Shown here in pieces: positions 13,472 through 26,505 of a stretch of DNA of 64,000 bases. The number at the start of each line of letters is the position of its first letter. The stretch's first letter is position 1. The position numbers and the translations under genes were made by a program. The DNA comes from Antedon mediterranea (lineage: Eukaryota; Animalia; Echinodermata): NCBI RefSeq assembly GCF_964355755.1, contig NC_092670.1:26646795-26710794 (forward strand). The letters are read 5' to 3'. The notes beneath the pieces were generated by a model. That model did not search any database. It was not told where the DNA came from and saw nothing but the letters and a program-made list of their open reading frames with translations.

Positions 13472-14886
13472 GTGAATACTAAGAACATGAACATAAACGT
13501 TTTTTCGTGCCCCAAGATTTTGTTAACCAATGTAAGGTCAATTAGAAACAAAGTGGATGAATTTGAGGCTACCCTTAGCAAATACAAAATTGACTTGGCA
13601 GTTGTAACTGAGACGTGGTTAAATGCCGAAACTGAAAATTTAGCAACTATTCCTGGATATCAACATTTCAATAAGATGCGTGTTGGAAGGAAAGGTGGTG
13701 GAGTATCTGTGTACTCAGTTGACAGGCTAATTATGAATCACACTGAACACCATGATCAGTGTAATTTTGAGTGTCTTTGGTGTTGTATTACAATACCCAA
13801 TAACATCAGGCGCTTGAAACACTTATATGTTGGTGCGATATATTATCCACCCGCAGCGGCTGAAGAAGGAAGATGGAAGTATGTGGATGATCTCACTCTA
13901 GGTGAAGTCGTGAAAAAAAACAATAATTCCCATTTACAGGTCTCCCTTGATGATTTGGATGACTGGTGTAAAGCTAACAATATGTTGCCTAAACTGTCTA
14001 AATGCCATGTTATGACAATTAATTTTTTGCGTAATGCTAGTGAGTTCCAGCCATTCACACTCAACAATACTATCCTTGAATGTGTTGGCAACCTCAAATT
14101 GTTAGGGGTTACTATTCAAGATAATATGAAATGGGACATGCATGTCACAGACATAGTCTCTAAGGCATCTCGAAAGATGTTTGCTTTATTTGTGATGAGG
14201 AGGTCTCGCGCGTCTGTGAATGACCTGATCAAGGTGTTCTGTTGCTATATTAGACCTATTCTTGAGTATGCATGCCCTGTGTGGCATGGTGCAATTACTA
14301 AAAAATTAGCACATAAAATTGAAGCTGTTCAAAAAAGAGCTCTAAGAACTATCCTGGGAAAAAATTATATATCGTACGATTTAGCTTTAGAGGAGACGCA
14401 ACTCCTTTCGCTTGCGGCAAGGAGGGAAAGTCTGGTGCTTTCCTTTGGTCAGGGTCTCATAAAATCGACTTTGCACAGGGATATGCTCCCTCCTTGCCGC
14501 AAGCGAAAATTAAACCTTAGATCCAATGGTGGAAATCTGGAAGTGCCTAAATGCAAAACCGACAGATATAAACGGTCTGCTGTACCGTATATTGTTAATC
14601 TGCTTAACTCGAAATAATTTTTTTATATAGGATTTTTATAAGAAAATAAATAAATTCATTTAAATTAATACTATTGTATACAGTATATTGCTTAAAATAA
14701 ATTAAAACCTTGATAAATATTTTTAAAATACTAGATAAATTTTAATGATTAATGTACAGCATATTTATTTTTCTTATGCATATTGTAAATTGTTTTGTAT
14801 TTTTTATCTGTAATGTAAATTTTTTATATAATGTGCTACAATAATTTCAGACTTGTTCTGCTTTTTGTAATGTTTTATATACCGAA

Positions 14887-14917
<31 letters not shown>
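13472..14917 (+). mobile_element. Internally deleted non-LTR retrotransposon (L2/CR1/Rex-group): 381-aa ORF, 3' UTR and poly(A)
   Basis: APE motifs (TNVRS, TETWL, GGGV, GAIYYPP) joined in frame to RT YVDD, KLLGV, YIRPILEYACPVW; AATAAA and poly(A) at about 14886-14917. Confidence 0.9.
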
Positions 14918-14919
<2 letters not shown>

Positions 14920-16559
14920 ATTGGGAACCTTGATCGGACAAGACTTCCTTTGGGAGCCCCATTCTGGAATAAATTGAAAGTAAAGCTTCCGCAATAGTTG
15001 TGGTTTCAATATTTCTTAATGGCTCAGCCTCCGGATATCTAGTGATGTAATCCACCAACACAAGTATAAATTTGTGTCCTTGCATCGTTATGGGTTTAAT
15101 AGGCCCAACCAAATCGATTCCTACCTTCTGAAATGGTTCTCCAATGACGAGCATATTTCCTAGGGGTCCCTTAGTAACCCTTCCTTAGGCAACGTATGCT
15201 GACAAATGTCACATTATTGGCAATAACACCGAATATCACCCTGCATTCCCGGTCAAAAGAAACATGTTAACATTTAGTTTTAGTTTTTTTACTTCCCATG
15301 TGTCTCCCAACGATAGACTCATGAGCAATTCGAAGAACCTAATTTCTAAACTCTTCTGGGACAATTAATTGTATAATCGAATTTCCCATTTCTGCTTTGG
15401 GCGAAGAAGAATCCGTTTCCATCTACAAGGTATTCAAATTCACCGGAACCTCTATCACGTTTACCCGTTCCCATCAGTTCTCATGTGGGGCATGAATTTT
15501 GTTTAGCTATTAAAACTTCAGGGGTTACTTCATCTATTGGACTCATCAGCCGCAATTTACTAGACCTTGAATAATATAATTATTATATTGGTATCTAATT
15601 TAGGTCTACTCATCATTCCCGTGTGGACATTTTTCCGAAAACAGTCACGAGCAACATGGCCAACACGATTACATATGTAATATCTACAGGGGTTATTATT
15701 GGAAGGATATGGACGTTTTTAGCGTTTCGCGCCTGGGAGTGTCCCTGATACTGTTATACCTATCCCCACCTTTCTCTTTTTCTGTACTAGGTAAAGGTAC
15801 TTGTTGTAGGGCTTTCCATGATCCTTGGGCCTCTGAATACTGATTTATATAACCCGCCATAACATTTGAATCTTTGGGCTTTCTTTCCCTTAAGAAAATT
15901 GTGTGGTCTTTTGAACAACAAGCTAAGAATTGTTCCATAAGCAATAACTCAATAAAACCCTTTATATCTTTAACCTCGGATAGTTCCATCCACCTATTTA
16001 AACAGTTTTTAAGTCTATTCAGAAATTTAATTCCATTTTCTGCCGCTTGTGGCCTTATTTCTCTGAATTTTTTCTAAACTCCTTGGTTGTTACATGATAG
16101 GCCTTCAAGATTACTTACTTTACTTTTTCCTCCGGAGGAAGGAGTGAATATTCAAACATTGTTTCAGCTTTCTCTGCCTCCTTTCTTATTTCTATTTCGG
16201 CCTCTACTCTCTTCCTTTCCTTTCAATTTCTTTTCTCTTTTTTTTTCCTCTCTTATTTCTGCTCTAGATGCCTTTCTCCTCATCTCTCTGATTACTTAAT
16301 TTCACTCTCTCATTTTCTACAAACGCTCTCAATTCTTTTCCGGTTAATTATATTAAGTATTAAGTATACAATAGTACAATAAATGAGTATCTTACTAAAA
16401 ACGGTCAATCTGTATTATTGCTGATGTGTGACACCTCCCTTGTCTATAAGGTTGATGTGAGGTGATTCCAGCAAATCTTATATACGGTAATACACCTGAA
16501 TACTACGCAAATTACCCTTTTTGTTTAATTTGGAATACCCGTCACTTAGAACTGTGACA
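14918..16559 (-). mobile_element. Degenerate Gmr1-like Gypsy LTR retrotransposon (gag SCAN-like, Zn knuckle, integrase)
   Basis: ELLLMEQFL...FLRERKP (15696-15989), YYICNRVGHVARDC (about 15642-15683), integrase PFQKVGIDLVGP...DYITRYPEA...SDQGSQF; frameshifts present. Confidence 0.82.
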
Positions 16560-17337
16560 TCCAGTAATTTCACCTATGCAACACTGTAGTACAGTATAAT
16601 AGTGTATACTGTATATATACTTAGATAACAAAATTTTATTTTCTTCAGGCCATAATGGCATAATATTTTTTCTGTGCGCAATATTCCAATGAATGACGTG
16701 CATGTGGCGTTTGTTATGCGGATAACTTACTCAAAGTGAAGATAGTCCAGATCCCTATGTATTTTCGTGTGCAGATCATGGGGAAAGTGTAAACATTGTG
16801 TTTTATGAATATTTGAATCATGCTGGTTATAAAAACCCATGTTGTCAAATTTCTAAAATTCATCTTTGACCTCTGACCTCAATTTGATTGTTTTGACCCA
16901 TTGAAAACAAAATGATCATATCTTTGCAACGCTTTGATTAAATGAAATAATTTTAGTGTCAAATTATTTGGAAGATGCATATTAATATTCGTTCTAATGG
17001 AAAAGTTTGTCCAAAAATGGCTGGAAGTATGATTTTTGGCATATTTAACCTTTGACCTACATATCATATAACTCCGTAACTAATAGTTGGACACATTTTA
17101 AATAAGGCTCAAATTAATCTGAAGGTATATGTTTCTATTCAGTCTAATAAGAACTTTTTCAAGAAAATGACCGGAAATATTTTTATTGACCTTTGACCTG
17201 TACTGGTAGTACATATTTCTATAATCTCAAAAACTATTGGCCGTAAAATGGTTGTTTTTGTGAAATGGTTCGAAAAATTTACATTTATATGTTGTATAAT
17301 AACAACATTTTATAGAAATGTAAAAGAATTCTATTTA

Positions 17338-19113
17338 GGGTGTGTAGAAAGCGACGACCTCGAATTGGACGACCCCAACGACCCGGGCGACCTCGAATTG
17401 AACGACCTCAAATTGAACGACCCATAACACGAAACCGACGACCCCTATAGCCTAGCCTAGCCTAGGCCTAAGTGTGGTATAACATCCCGAAGCCGAACAT
17501 AGCCAAAGATCTTTAAACTATACCTTATTATATAATACTCGCAAGCAAGCAATTGATTGAAAAAATACAGAAATATCGCCATTTGATACTGATTGTGTCG
17601 ACACGAACAAACGAAAAGATATGGAACGCCAAGAGTGCATCATTAAAACTGCATTCGACATATTAAAAATAAATTAAAAAGAAATAAATATTATACAATA
17701 CATGGTTAAACCATGGACGTATAATTACATCTCGTCTTCTTATAACGAACACTATAGGCCTACCAAGCAGCGTAACATGTGCATGGGGGGATATGACCGG
17801 TTGGGCCGCCGACAAGTTGAGCCGCCGGTAATTTCTATGAAACGGCCAGTGCGTCTTTTACGACATTTCGCGTAGTGATAGAGTGGTGTCCTAGTAGGCC
17901 CTACATAAGTTCATGGTCTTTAGGTTTATTGTGTCATGAAAATAAATAATAATTACATACTACAATCTTGTTGGTTTGAAACAGCAAAGGAAAGTAGTCA
18001 TATTTAATAATTTAATTGTTTTTAATCTTTCAAGGTAAAAATGCATTGCACTCCATAATATTTTTCTCGCGTGTATGCCTACCACGTAAAATCACGTTGT
18101 CTCTCAGGACTAATAGAGTATTGATATTCTTCGAATGAGGTTAAATAATTATTATTTTTTATTTACTATCTTTTAATATCATATTTAATTGAATTTTACA
18201 ATGTTAATACACAAAATATTTTACTAAAAAACGGTGATTTTATGCAATTATTTTACATCAACTGCCGCCTGAGGGGGCAACATGTTTACGTCATTTTTGG
18301 CTAAAAACGATCATTTTCGGTCATGTTTTAGGCCTTATATTTTGGAATTTACAAGTCAGATATTCATAATTATTTCTCTTTAATTATAATATTTAATAAT
18401 ATATACTAAAAACCGTGATATATAAACTTTGGAATATACATCGTTATATCTAATAATTAATATAAATAGAACTTCTATTAAATAGAAACGAGCACCGGCG
18501 AAAGTAAGCATTTGGCGTTTCATAGAAAATAACGTTTTTCTGGCGGCGCCTCACTTGTCGGCGGCTCAACTTGGCCTAATCCTGCATGGGGAGGGCCATA
18601 AGAAAGCTTTACATTTCACACATGCATTGTATACGGTCAAACCATGGAGGTATAAAAATATTTTTACCAAACCATGGAGCTGGTCAAACCATGGAGGTAA
18701 AATCTATTTTATACCTCCATGGTCAAACCTTACCTGCCGCTGAAAAAGGGGCCTGGTTTGCCATGTTTATGATATTTCGTGTGCTAATCGAGTCGAATGC
18801 AGTTTTAATGATGCACTCTTGGCGTTCCATATCTGTTCGTTTGTTCGTGTCGACACATTCAGTATCAAATGGCGATATTTCTGTATTTTTTCAATCAATT
18901 GCTTGCTTGCGAGTATTATATACGGTATGGTTTAAAGATCTTTGGTTATGTTCGGCTTCGGGATGTTATATCATACTTAGGCCTAGGCTAGGCTAGGCTA
19001 TTATAGGGGTCGTCGGTTTCGTGTTATGGGTCGTCCAATTCTAGGTCGTCCAATTCGAGGTCGCCCGGGTCGTTGGGGTCGTCCAATTCGAGGTCGTCGC
19101 TTTCTACACACCC
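17338..19113. mobile_element. Mutator-like non-autonomous element, TIRs about 320 bp
   Basis: gggtgtgtagaaagcgacgacc / ggtcgtcgctttctacacaccc; TSD attctattta. Confidence 0.88.
17789..18582. mobile_element. Mutator-like element nested in 17338-19113
   Basis: Imperfect TIRs gga..gccgccgacaagt / acttgtcggcggc..tcc; 9-bp TSD tgcatgggg. Confidence 0.78.
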
Positions 19114-19167
19114 ATTCTATTTATGATCACTGACTTTGTAATTTATTAACATCACTAACATTTGTTA

Positions 19168-20495
19168 TCTATATATAAATTATGGTTAATTCTGACATAG
19201 GCGAGCACAATGCAAAAACTTCAGTACAAATCTCCGCCTTGGATACCTACCTTATCTATCCGAGATGTACCGCGAAACGTAGATTTGATAACATTAGTGT
19301 GCACGCCGACGCTATTGTTCCATATTTATATCTTAGGAAGATATTATAAAGAGTTTTTTAACAACATTTATGATTTCAACATTGGATTTTCCTCTCAATT
19401 TCAATTCTTCCCGGTCAAAGTAATTTCCGGGTTTAAGATAAGTTCACCTTAGTTTCAAATATTTTCTCTCTTTTATACACAAGGGAGCAGTTAAAATAAT
19501 AGATTTGACCCTAAAGGTGACTGGAAACAGGCACTTTCCATCAATCAATACAGTGTCCCTTTGGAAGACGAAAAAAAAATTGGCCATTAATCATAGCCAT
19601 TTCAGTTTTTTGTTTATTTTAAAACATACCACACGTGTGTGAAGGTACAGTAGTTAAATAATAGGAATTATACTGCAAATTAATAAAGATCAAATTAAAT
19701 ATACGCCATAAAGAATCAGAATATATTGTGGGGAATAGTATTATAAAATTACATAGGGAGATTTGTTAAGACATTTTTCGAGTGAAATCCCGATAGCTGA
19801 GTTTTATTGAGTAAGCTTGCAGGAATAACTGTAGGCTATCTTCCTGTGTCCCGTTAGGACCGAGATGTCTGCCCATGTTGCAAGCCGTAATGTCTTCTTT
19901 CTTGGGCCCACTCTGTCACGGCAGTTAGTTTCAAAAGATGATTAAATTAAATAATGTATTAATAATTATTAGGATGGTATTCATTTGAATAAACGCCTCT
20001 CCAATAAAACATCACTTTGAATAATAACCCCCCCCCCCCCCCCCACACAACCCAACTATCTAATAAACGTCCATTCACATATTTATAATAACACAATTAT
20101 ACTATTTGTAGTAGAATTCACCGCACTGTTATCTGCAATTTACCAAGCATTTGTTATTCTTTTTTACCACTTTTCATATCTATGAGAGGATTTCATTTGA
20201 TTATAAATGTTACCATATTATTAGAACTAAAAAATTTAACATATATCCCTCGAATAAGCACCTCCCTCAAATGACCTCCGCCTCCCCAAAGGGCCCTACC
20301 AAACAATAAAAACTATACTTTAAAATGTTATTAACCATCTAAAACACTGTGAAACAAAGTAGTTCAGTTTTACGAATGTCAAGCATTTTCAATAATGGTA
20401 ACCGACAGAAAATGTATAAGGAGAACATTATCATTCCGAGAACCATCGTCTACACTTCCTAGAGGGGGAGCGAGCGAAGCGAGCTCACCCTCTAG
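19168..20495 (+). mobile_element. Non-autonomous Helitron
   Basis: a|TCTATATATA...ctagagggggagcgagcgaagcgagctcaccctCTAG|t; no TSD; the empty site catttgttataata is present in the opposite arm of the host element. Confidence 0.9.
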
Positions 20496-21312
20496 TAATA
20501 TTAAAATGTGTTATATTTGCTGATTTTAAGCACTTCACATGAATTTATCAGAATTATGTGTATTTAATATAAAGTTGTTTTTTTTTATATAAAGAAAATT
20601 TAATTTTCAAATTAATATGGCTAAAACTTAATAAGATACATGCAAAAAGTGTATTTTTACTTGTGTGAACAGCCCCCCCAATCTTCATTTTTTCCCCAAA
20701 AATACCACATTTTTATGTGTTTTCCTGAACTTAACAGGTTATAACTTTGTTTTAAAGACTTTTTACAGTAACCTGTAATTTACATACCACTTTTATAATG
20801 TACTAGGTCAGTTTCTGAAAAAGTTGTGAAAAATATTCCGATAGCTTGATATTTTTGTTGAGGTTATTACATGATGCACATCAAAAAAAATATTTTAATT
20901 TTGAGCTAAAAGTCCATCTTTTTGGTTTAATAAAAGCTATCTAGCAGATATTAATACACAAAATTCATATTTTATTGGATAGATATTATGATTATCTTTC
21001 CAATAAAATATGCGGTTTGTGTAAGAATGGCTGTACAAGATTGTTTGTACTGGACCAAAAAGATGTATTTTTAGCACAAAATCAAAATCTTTTTAGCATG
21101 CACCATGTATAACCTCAGGAAAAATATCAAGCTATAAAAATATTGTTTTCATTTTATCTCAGAAACTTACTTAGTATATGTTAGAAGGTGTATGTAAGTT
21201 ACACGTCACTGACAACAAATCTTTTAAAAAGTTACAACCAGCTAAGTTTATGAAACCACATGAAAATGTGGTATTTTTTTGGAAAAAAAATGAAGATTGA
21301 GGGTGCTGTTCA

Positions 21313-23364
21313 GGGTAGTAACAAAGTGCGAGGCAGCGAGGCACGCGAGGCAGGGAAGGCATGCGAGGCAAGTCAGAAATTTATGCGAGGCATCGTTTTA
21401 CCATCATCAAAAAATGCGAGGCATCATTTTATCATTTCTCAAAATTGCAAGGCAAGAAATCACCGAAATTGAAGTAGCCTAGTAGGCCTAGGCCCGCTAG
21501 GCTAGTTTCCTTTTGCACCTGCCTTGTAATTTAACCAAGGCTTTATCCTGAATACCACAGCTTAGAATTAGTAGGCCTACTTTAATGAAGAAAAATCACA
21601 TAAAAGTAACAATAAATCCATTAAATTGGTGATTTTACAGACGTTGTTTTTCTCGCATTTCGCACACTCAATGTTCAATATTTTAGTTTCTATGGAACGC
21701 CAAAAGAGCAAAATTAATTAGAGGGCTAAAAACTCTGTGGAATCCATTTATATTTAACGCATTATTTGGTGAAAATCAAGTACAATTTCAATAGATTTTG
21801 TCACTGTCAGTAAGGAAAAATGTTACTGTTGATAATGTACACGGTTTCGTTAACCTTTTAAAGAATAAAATAGAAAAATTCATCATAATATCCTTAGTAG
21901 GATGTCCTAGGTCTAGACTAGGTAGTGATGTTGATTTAGGATCGATTATTATTCTTTGAAAACAGAAAAGTATCAGCAGTAACATATTACAACATTTTTA
22001 TTGACAAATTAACAAATATATTGAAATAAAACGTGTTTTTCACCAATAAATGCATGAGAAATTGACGCATTCCACTGAGTTTTAGTCCTCTATTATCGTT
22101 GCTCTTTTGGCGCTCCATAGAAACAAAAATATTGAACATTGAATAAGTGAAATTCGCGAACAGTGTGCGAGAAACACGCCTGTAAAATCATTAATTTAAG
22201 GATTTATTTGTTACTTTTTATGTGATTCTTTCATTAAAGTACTCATGAGGTATACTCCTAAGGTGTGGTATTCACACGATAAAGTTAGTTATCAAATTTG
22301 GAGTAAAAATATAAGCGAAGGAAACTAGCGCCAGGTTTATTAGTACGTACATGGACAACAATAAATAAAAATCGTTCGTAATATACCTAGCTTACTAAAA
22401 CAGGAATAGTGTATCATTATTAAATATTACACCAATTATTATTTTATCAAAATTGATTAAACTATTTTCTACATAGGCCTTTATCTAGGTTGGGGCTAAG
22501 CATATTAGCTAAAGTTTAATTTTAGGCCTAGTATTACAATTGTCGGACGTAAGTCTTTTTTCACACGCGCTCCAGAATTCTGTCGCAATTTTTTTCTTTG
22601 CGGCATGTTATTGGATCGGCATATCAGTTACCTTTTATTCACCGCCAGTTATTGAACTTGTCCTGGCAATCGCTGTTCACCTTATTTGCGAGAGAGGTAC
22701 ACGTGTTGTTCCTAGAGAATGGAATGTCAAAAATGTCTTTGGCACGCCGCTCAGAGAGAAGTCTGTGCGTTGCTGCTGAAACCACGTGCTATAGGAGGGG
22801 AATGCACCACAATCCTCTGAGCTGAGGGCTGAATCATTCCGCTACCTGCTAAATAGTAAAGAGGGATTTTCCATCTCTCGGGTCTACCGGATCTAGGCGC
22901 AGGGGTGTGACAAAATATTATTTTCACTCTGCTATGTTCGAGAGACATGTGAGTGAACACGCTCGAAATGCCAACAAACATTGCAGTCATTTGATGAGTG
23001 TGTCGCTATAACAATTATTGTTTATCGAAAGTTGAAGACTGTCGTTCAGATTTTTGAACCGTAGTTTGGGCACTTTTGTAAAAGTAAAATTTGACACGAT
23101 ATGACTTGAATGAAAAAACAATCGTTACATAAAAATATACAACATGATGAGTGTATACACGAATCTATTTAGATACGCTTGTATCGATTGATTATTAGGC
23201 CTATAATATAGCATAATAGCACGTTAAGATATGCCTCGCACCTTTTTGAAATTGTAAACTATATGCCTCGCATGCCTCGCACTTTTGGAAATGATAAAAT
23301 GATGCCTTGCACAAATATTTGGCATGCCGCGCGTGCCTCGCTGCCTCGCACTTTGTCAACACTC
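21313..23364. mobile_element. Mutator-like non-autonomous element with internal foldback
   Basis: TIRs gggtagtaacaaagtgcgaggc / gcctcgcactttgtcaacactc; 9-bp TSD tgctgttca; internal inverted repeat about 21540-21780 vs 22030-22280. Confidence 0.83.
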
Positions 23365-24226
23365 TGCTGTTCACATAAGTAAAAATACACTTTTTTGCCT
23401 GTATCTAATTAAGTTTTAGCCATAATAATTTGAAAATAGTCTTATTTGATAGACAATTAAATTTTCTTTATATAAAAAAAATAAATTTTATATTAAATAC
23501 ACATATTTTCTGATAAATTCATGTGAAGTGCTTAAAATCAGCAAATATGACACATTTTAATATTATAACAAATGCTAGTGATGTTAATAAATTACAAAGT
23601 TAGTGATCATAAATAGAATTCTTTTACACTTCTATAAAATTTTGTTATTATACAACATATAAATGTAAATTTTTCGAACCATTTCACAAAAACAACCATT
23701 TTACGGTCAATAGTTTTTGAGATTATAGAAATATGTACTACCAGTACAAAGGTCAATAAAAATATTTCGGGTCATTTTCTTGAAAAAGTTCTTATTAGAC
23801 TGAATAGAAACATATACCTCCAGATTAATTTGAGCCCTATTTAAAGTTTGTCCAACTATTAGTTACGGAGTTATATGATATTTAGGTCAAAGGTTAAATA
23901 TGCCAAAAATCATACTTCCAGCCATTTTTGGACAAACTTTTCCATTAGAACGAATATTAATATGCATCTTCCAAATAATTTGACACTAAAATTATTTCAT
24001 TTAATCAAAGCGTTGCAAAGATATGATCATTTTGTTTTCAATGGGTCAAAACAATCAAATTGAGGTCAGAGGTCAAAGATGAATTTTAGAAATTTGACAA
24101 CATGGGTTTTTATAACCAGCATGATTCAAATATTCATAAAACACAATGTTTACACTTTCCCCATGATCTGCACACGAAGGCACTTTTTTTGACATAGGGA
24201 TCTGGACTAAGAGTTCAAACCTAGTT

Positions 24227-25103
24227 CTTTGTTTGTGACCCTTTTTTGTGCGTCGCGTTTTTCTAAAATGTGTAAACCTAACATTTCATAACTTTGTCAA
24301 CATATTGGCATTCACATGAAGTTTCACCTCTTTTTTTTTTACGTCAGAGCTGTGCAATATGATTTACGCTCGATTTTAGGAATTTCAATGATTGATCATA
24401 GATTAAAAACTATAAAAGTCATTAAATTTAATTCATGCCAAGGGTCAAGTTTATGTGGAAAAAACGTGTGTTTCACACAATCTTATCTCTTGCACGTACA
24501 TGAATTTTAAATTTTAAAATGTGCACAATTAATTTCTAATCAACATTCTATACGTTTTTTTACCATTTAAAAATTATTTTTGTTTGTGTTGCTTGCGCGC
24601 ATTTTTGCACACAGTGCATAGAGTAGAAAAACCAATTTTGCAATTACTTTTTGTTCTGTATACTTTCTGTGATAAATTTCATTCATTTTTATAAACTTTA
24701 GTTGCAAAGTAACTATGCACGTGCACGTTAAACTTGAAAATGTGTGCAATAAAAAATGGCTAATTTAATGTGAATGCGAAAAAACATGCCTATTTTGAAT
24801 CTATCATAGCTCCTCAGGAGGGATGTTTTTTTTTTTACTTATTAAGAAAGCTGATGAGTTGTAGATATGAATTCATGTAACATTTTTGCTTGACTAGAGT
24901 TGTGACATCATCATAATGGCCACGCAAATTTTAAAAATATTTGTTTTTTCTCTTTTGTACTAGTTAAGTGAACTTAATAGAGTTCTATCTTGCTTATTTG
25001 AACCCCAATCTTTCCCATATTTTGATATTTTCTTACATACATGCACGAGGCGTTTGTTGTGTGGATAAACTGACTTCTCACTTTGACGAGTTCAAATCTA
25101 GTT
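24227..25103 (+). mobile_element. Second HINE copy directly tandem to the previous one (5' palindrome missing)
   Basis: Body matches 25450-26505; ends gtggataaac...tgacgagttcaaatctagtt. Confidence 0.7.
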
Positions 25104-25240
25104 TGTGATTAGTTCTACTTCATAAAATCTGGACACTTAATTCTTTTTACCATATTTAAATTCAACAAATTCGTTCATTTTCTTTTCATATTTTGAATTA
25201 AATTAATTTTTTATTTTTAACATTTAATTGATGTTTTCAG

Positions 25241-25390
25241 GTGTTTGACACCAAAGCAAGATAATAGACCAGATATTATAGGAGTTGCAAGTGCAATTTC
25301 TGAAGAAATAATGGTGCACATGGACATGCTAAATAATAAACACATTGGTTTAGAGAAGAAGCTTGCCAGGGAAAAGAAACGTACACACAA
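25241..25390 (+). CDS. NEK10: NEK10 coding exon (kinase end and coiled coil)
   Basis: cag|G...AA|gtaag; CLTPKQDNRPDIIGVASAISEEIMVHMDMLNNKHIGLEKKLAREKKRTH; follows a 12-kb TE-filled intron. Confidence 0.94.
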
Positions 25391-25401
25391 GTAAGAATAA
25401 A

Positions 25402-26505
25402 TTGGTTATCCGCACTTGGCGGATAACCCCTTGTTATTGTCACAATCTTTTTTTTTCGATTTTCTTCTTTCTTTCCACAAATTTTGTTCGCAGCGTATCT
25501 CTAATTCTGGCAAACATAAGATTGTATAACTTTGTCATAAGATTGACCTGTAGCTGCAGATGTGCAAGAAACTTCGTTTTATGATTTTAGAGTTGCACAA
25601 CGTGACTTACGCACGATTTTATGAATTTCAATGATTGATCATAGATTAAAAACCAAAAATCATTTTGTATTGAAACTTGGTAAAGTCATATCAAGGGCAA
25701 ACTTTTAAAATGCGTAAAATCAATTTCTAATCAACTTTCTACGCGTTTCATGTCATTTCGAGCATGTAAAAAATTCCCACGAGCACGCGAATTTTTATAA
25801 ACAGTCATAAATTCTAAACTACATGGTGAAGTTTTTTTTTTTCGGGACCCCTCAGGATACAAACCTCCTGGTTTAGAGGGTTATCCTTTGCTCCTACTCG
25901 TTTTTTGTTGTTGTCTTTGTTCTGATTTTGTTGATTGTTAAGTCTGCGACTTTTGATGTATATATATATATTTCTGTACCACTGTTATTTTTATATGAGC
26001 AAGAAATAAAAACGGAAGTGGAAGTTGATGAGTTGTAGATATAGAATCATGCATCGATATGGCTAACCGGACATTGTGACGTCATCGTATGGCCACTCGA
26101 ATATGAAATAGAGGATTTTTGTCTCTTTCGTCATAGCTCATCACATTTAATAGAGTGCATCTCCACTTATCCGTATTCCATTTCCCCCCATTTTTTTATA
26201 TTGTCTAGGCCAATCAATTATCTTTCGCATGATATACCATTTTTAAAAGTGTGATGACGTCACTATTTCCAAAAGCGTCAATAACTTTGGTCACTTATTT
26301 TCACGTATTCTGCACTGTATGTAGTACGTATACAATATATAGTGTAACTGTATATACTTAGACGTGACACAAAATAGAGAGCAAACTAACATTTTTTAAT
26401 GGCATAATCGTTTTTCTGTGCGCAATATTCTAACGTATGACGTACACGTGGTTTTTGAGCTGCGGATAACCTAACTCGTCCGTAGTGACGAGTTCAAATC
26501 TAGTT
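25402..26505 (+). mobile_element. Full-length HINE
   Basis: ggttatccgcacttggcggataacc at 5'; tgcggataacc plus hairpin aactcgtc-cgtagt-gacgagtt plus caaatctagtt at 3'. Confidence 0.85.

Larger units (their letters stand above)
16743..24209. mobile_element. Long foldback DNA transposon, TAG...CTA ends, 3-bp TSD (Academ-like, non-autonomous)
   Basis: aga|tagtccagatccctatgt ... acatagggatctggacta|aga; near-identical inverted arms of about 1 kb once insertions are removed. Confidence 0.85.
13162..24226 (+). mobile_element. HINE copy split by nested insertions
   Basis: 5' palindrome agttatccgcactcagcggataact; body resumes at about 16590-16742 with subTIR tgcggataac; the 3' hairpin/CTAG end is completed at 24210-24226. 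Confidence 0.7.

Noticed and set aside
13843-14097. Antisense 84-aa ORF
   Set aside because: Shadow frame of the LINE ORF; likewise 50002-50363 and 29531-29761
14804-14917. Poly-Phe C-terminus of the integrase ORF
   Set aside because: Read-through into the antisense poly(A) tail of the adjacent LINE
22540-22990. Overlapping GC-richer ORFs
   Set aside because: Internal to a non-autonomous Mutator-like element with no recognisable domain
16879-24063. Duplicated 62-aa ORFs on opposite strands (16879-17067, 23875-24063)
   Set aside because: Mirror images within the foldback transposon arms; the same applies to ORFs near 57458-57694 and 60784-61083
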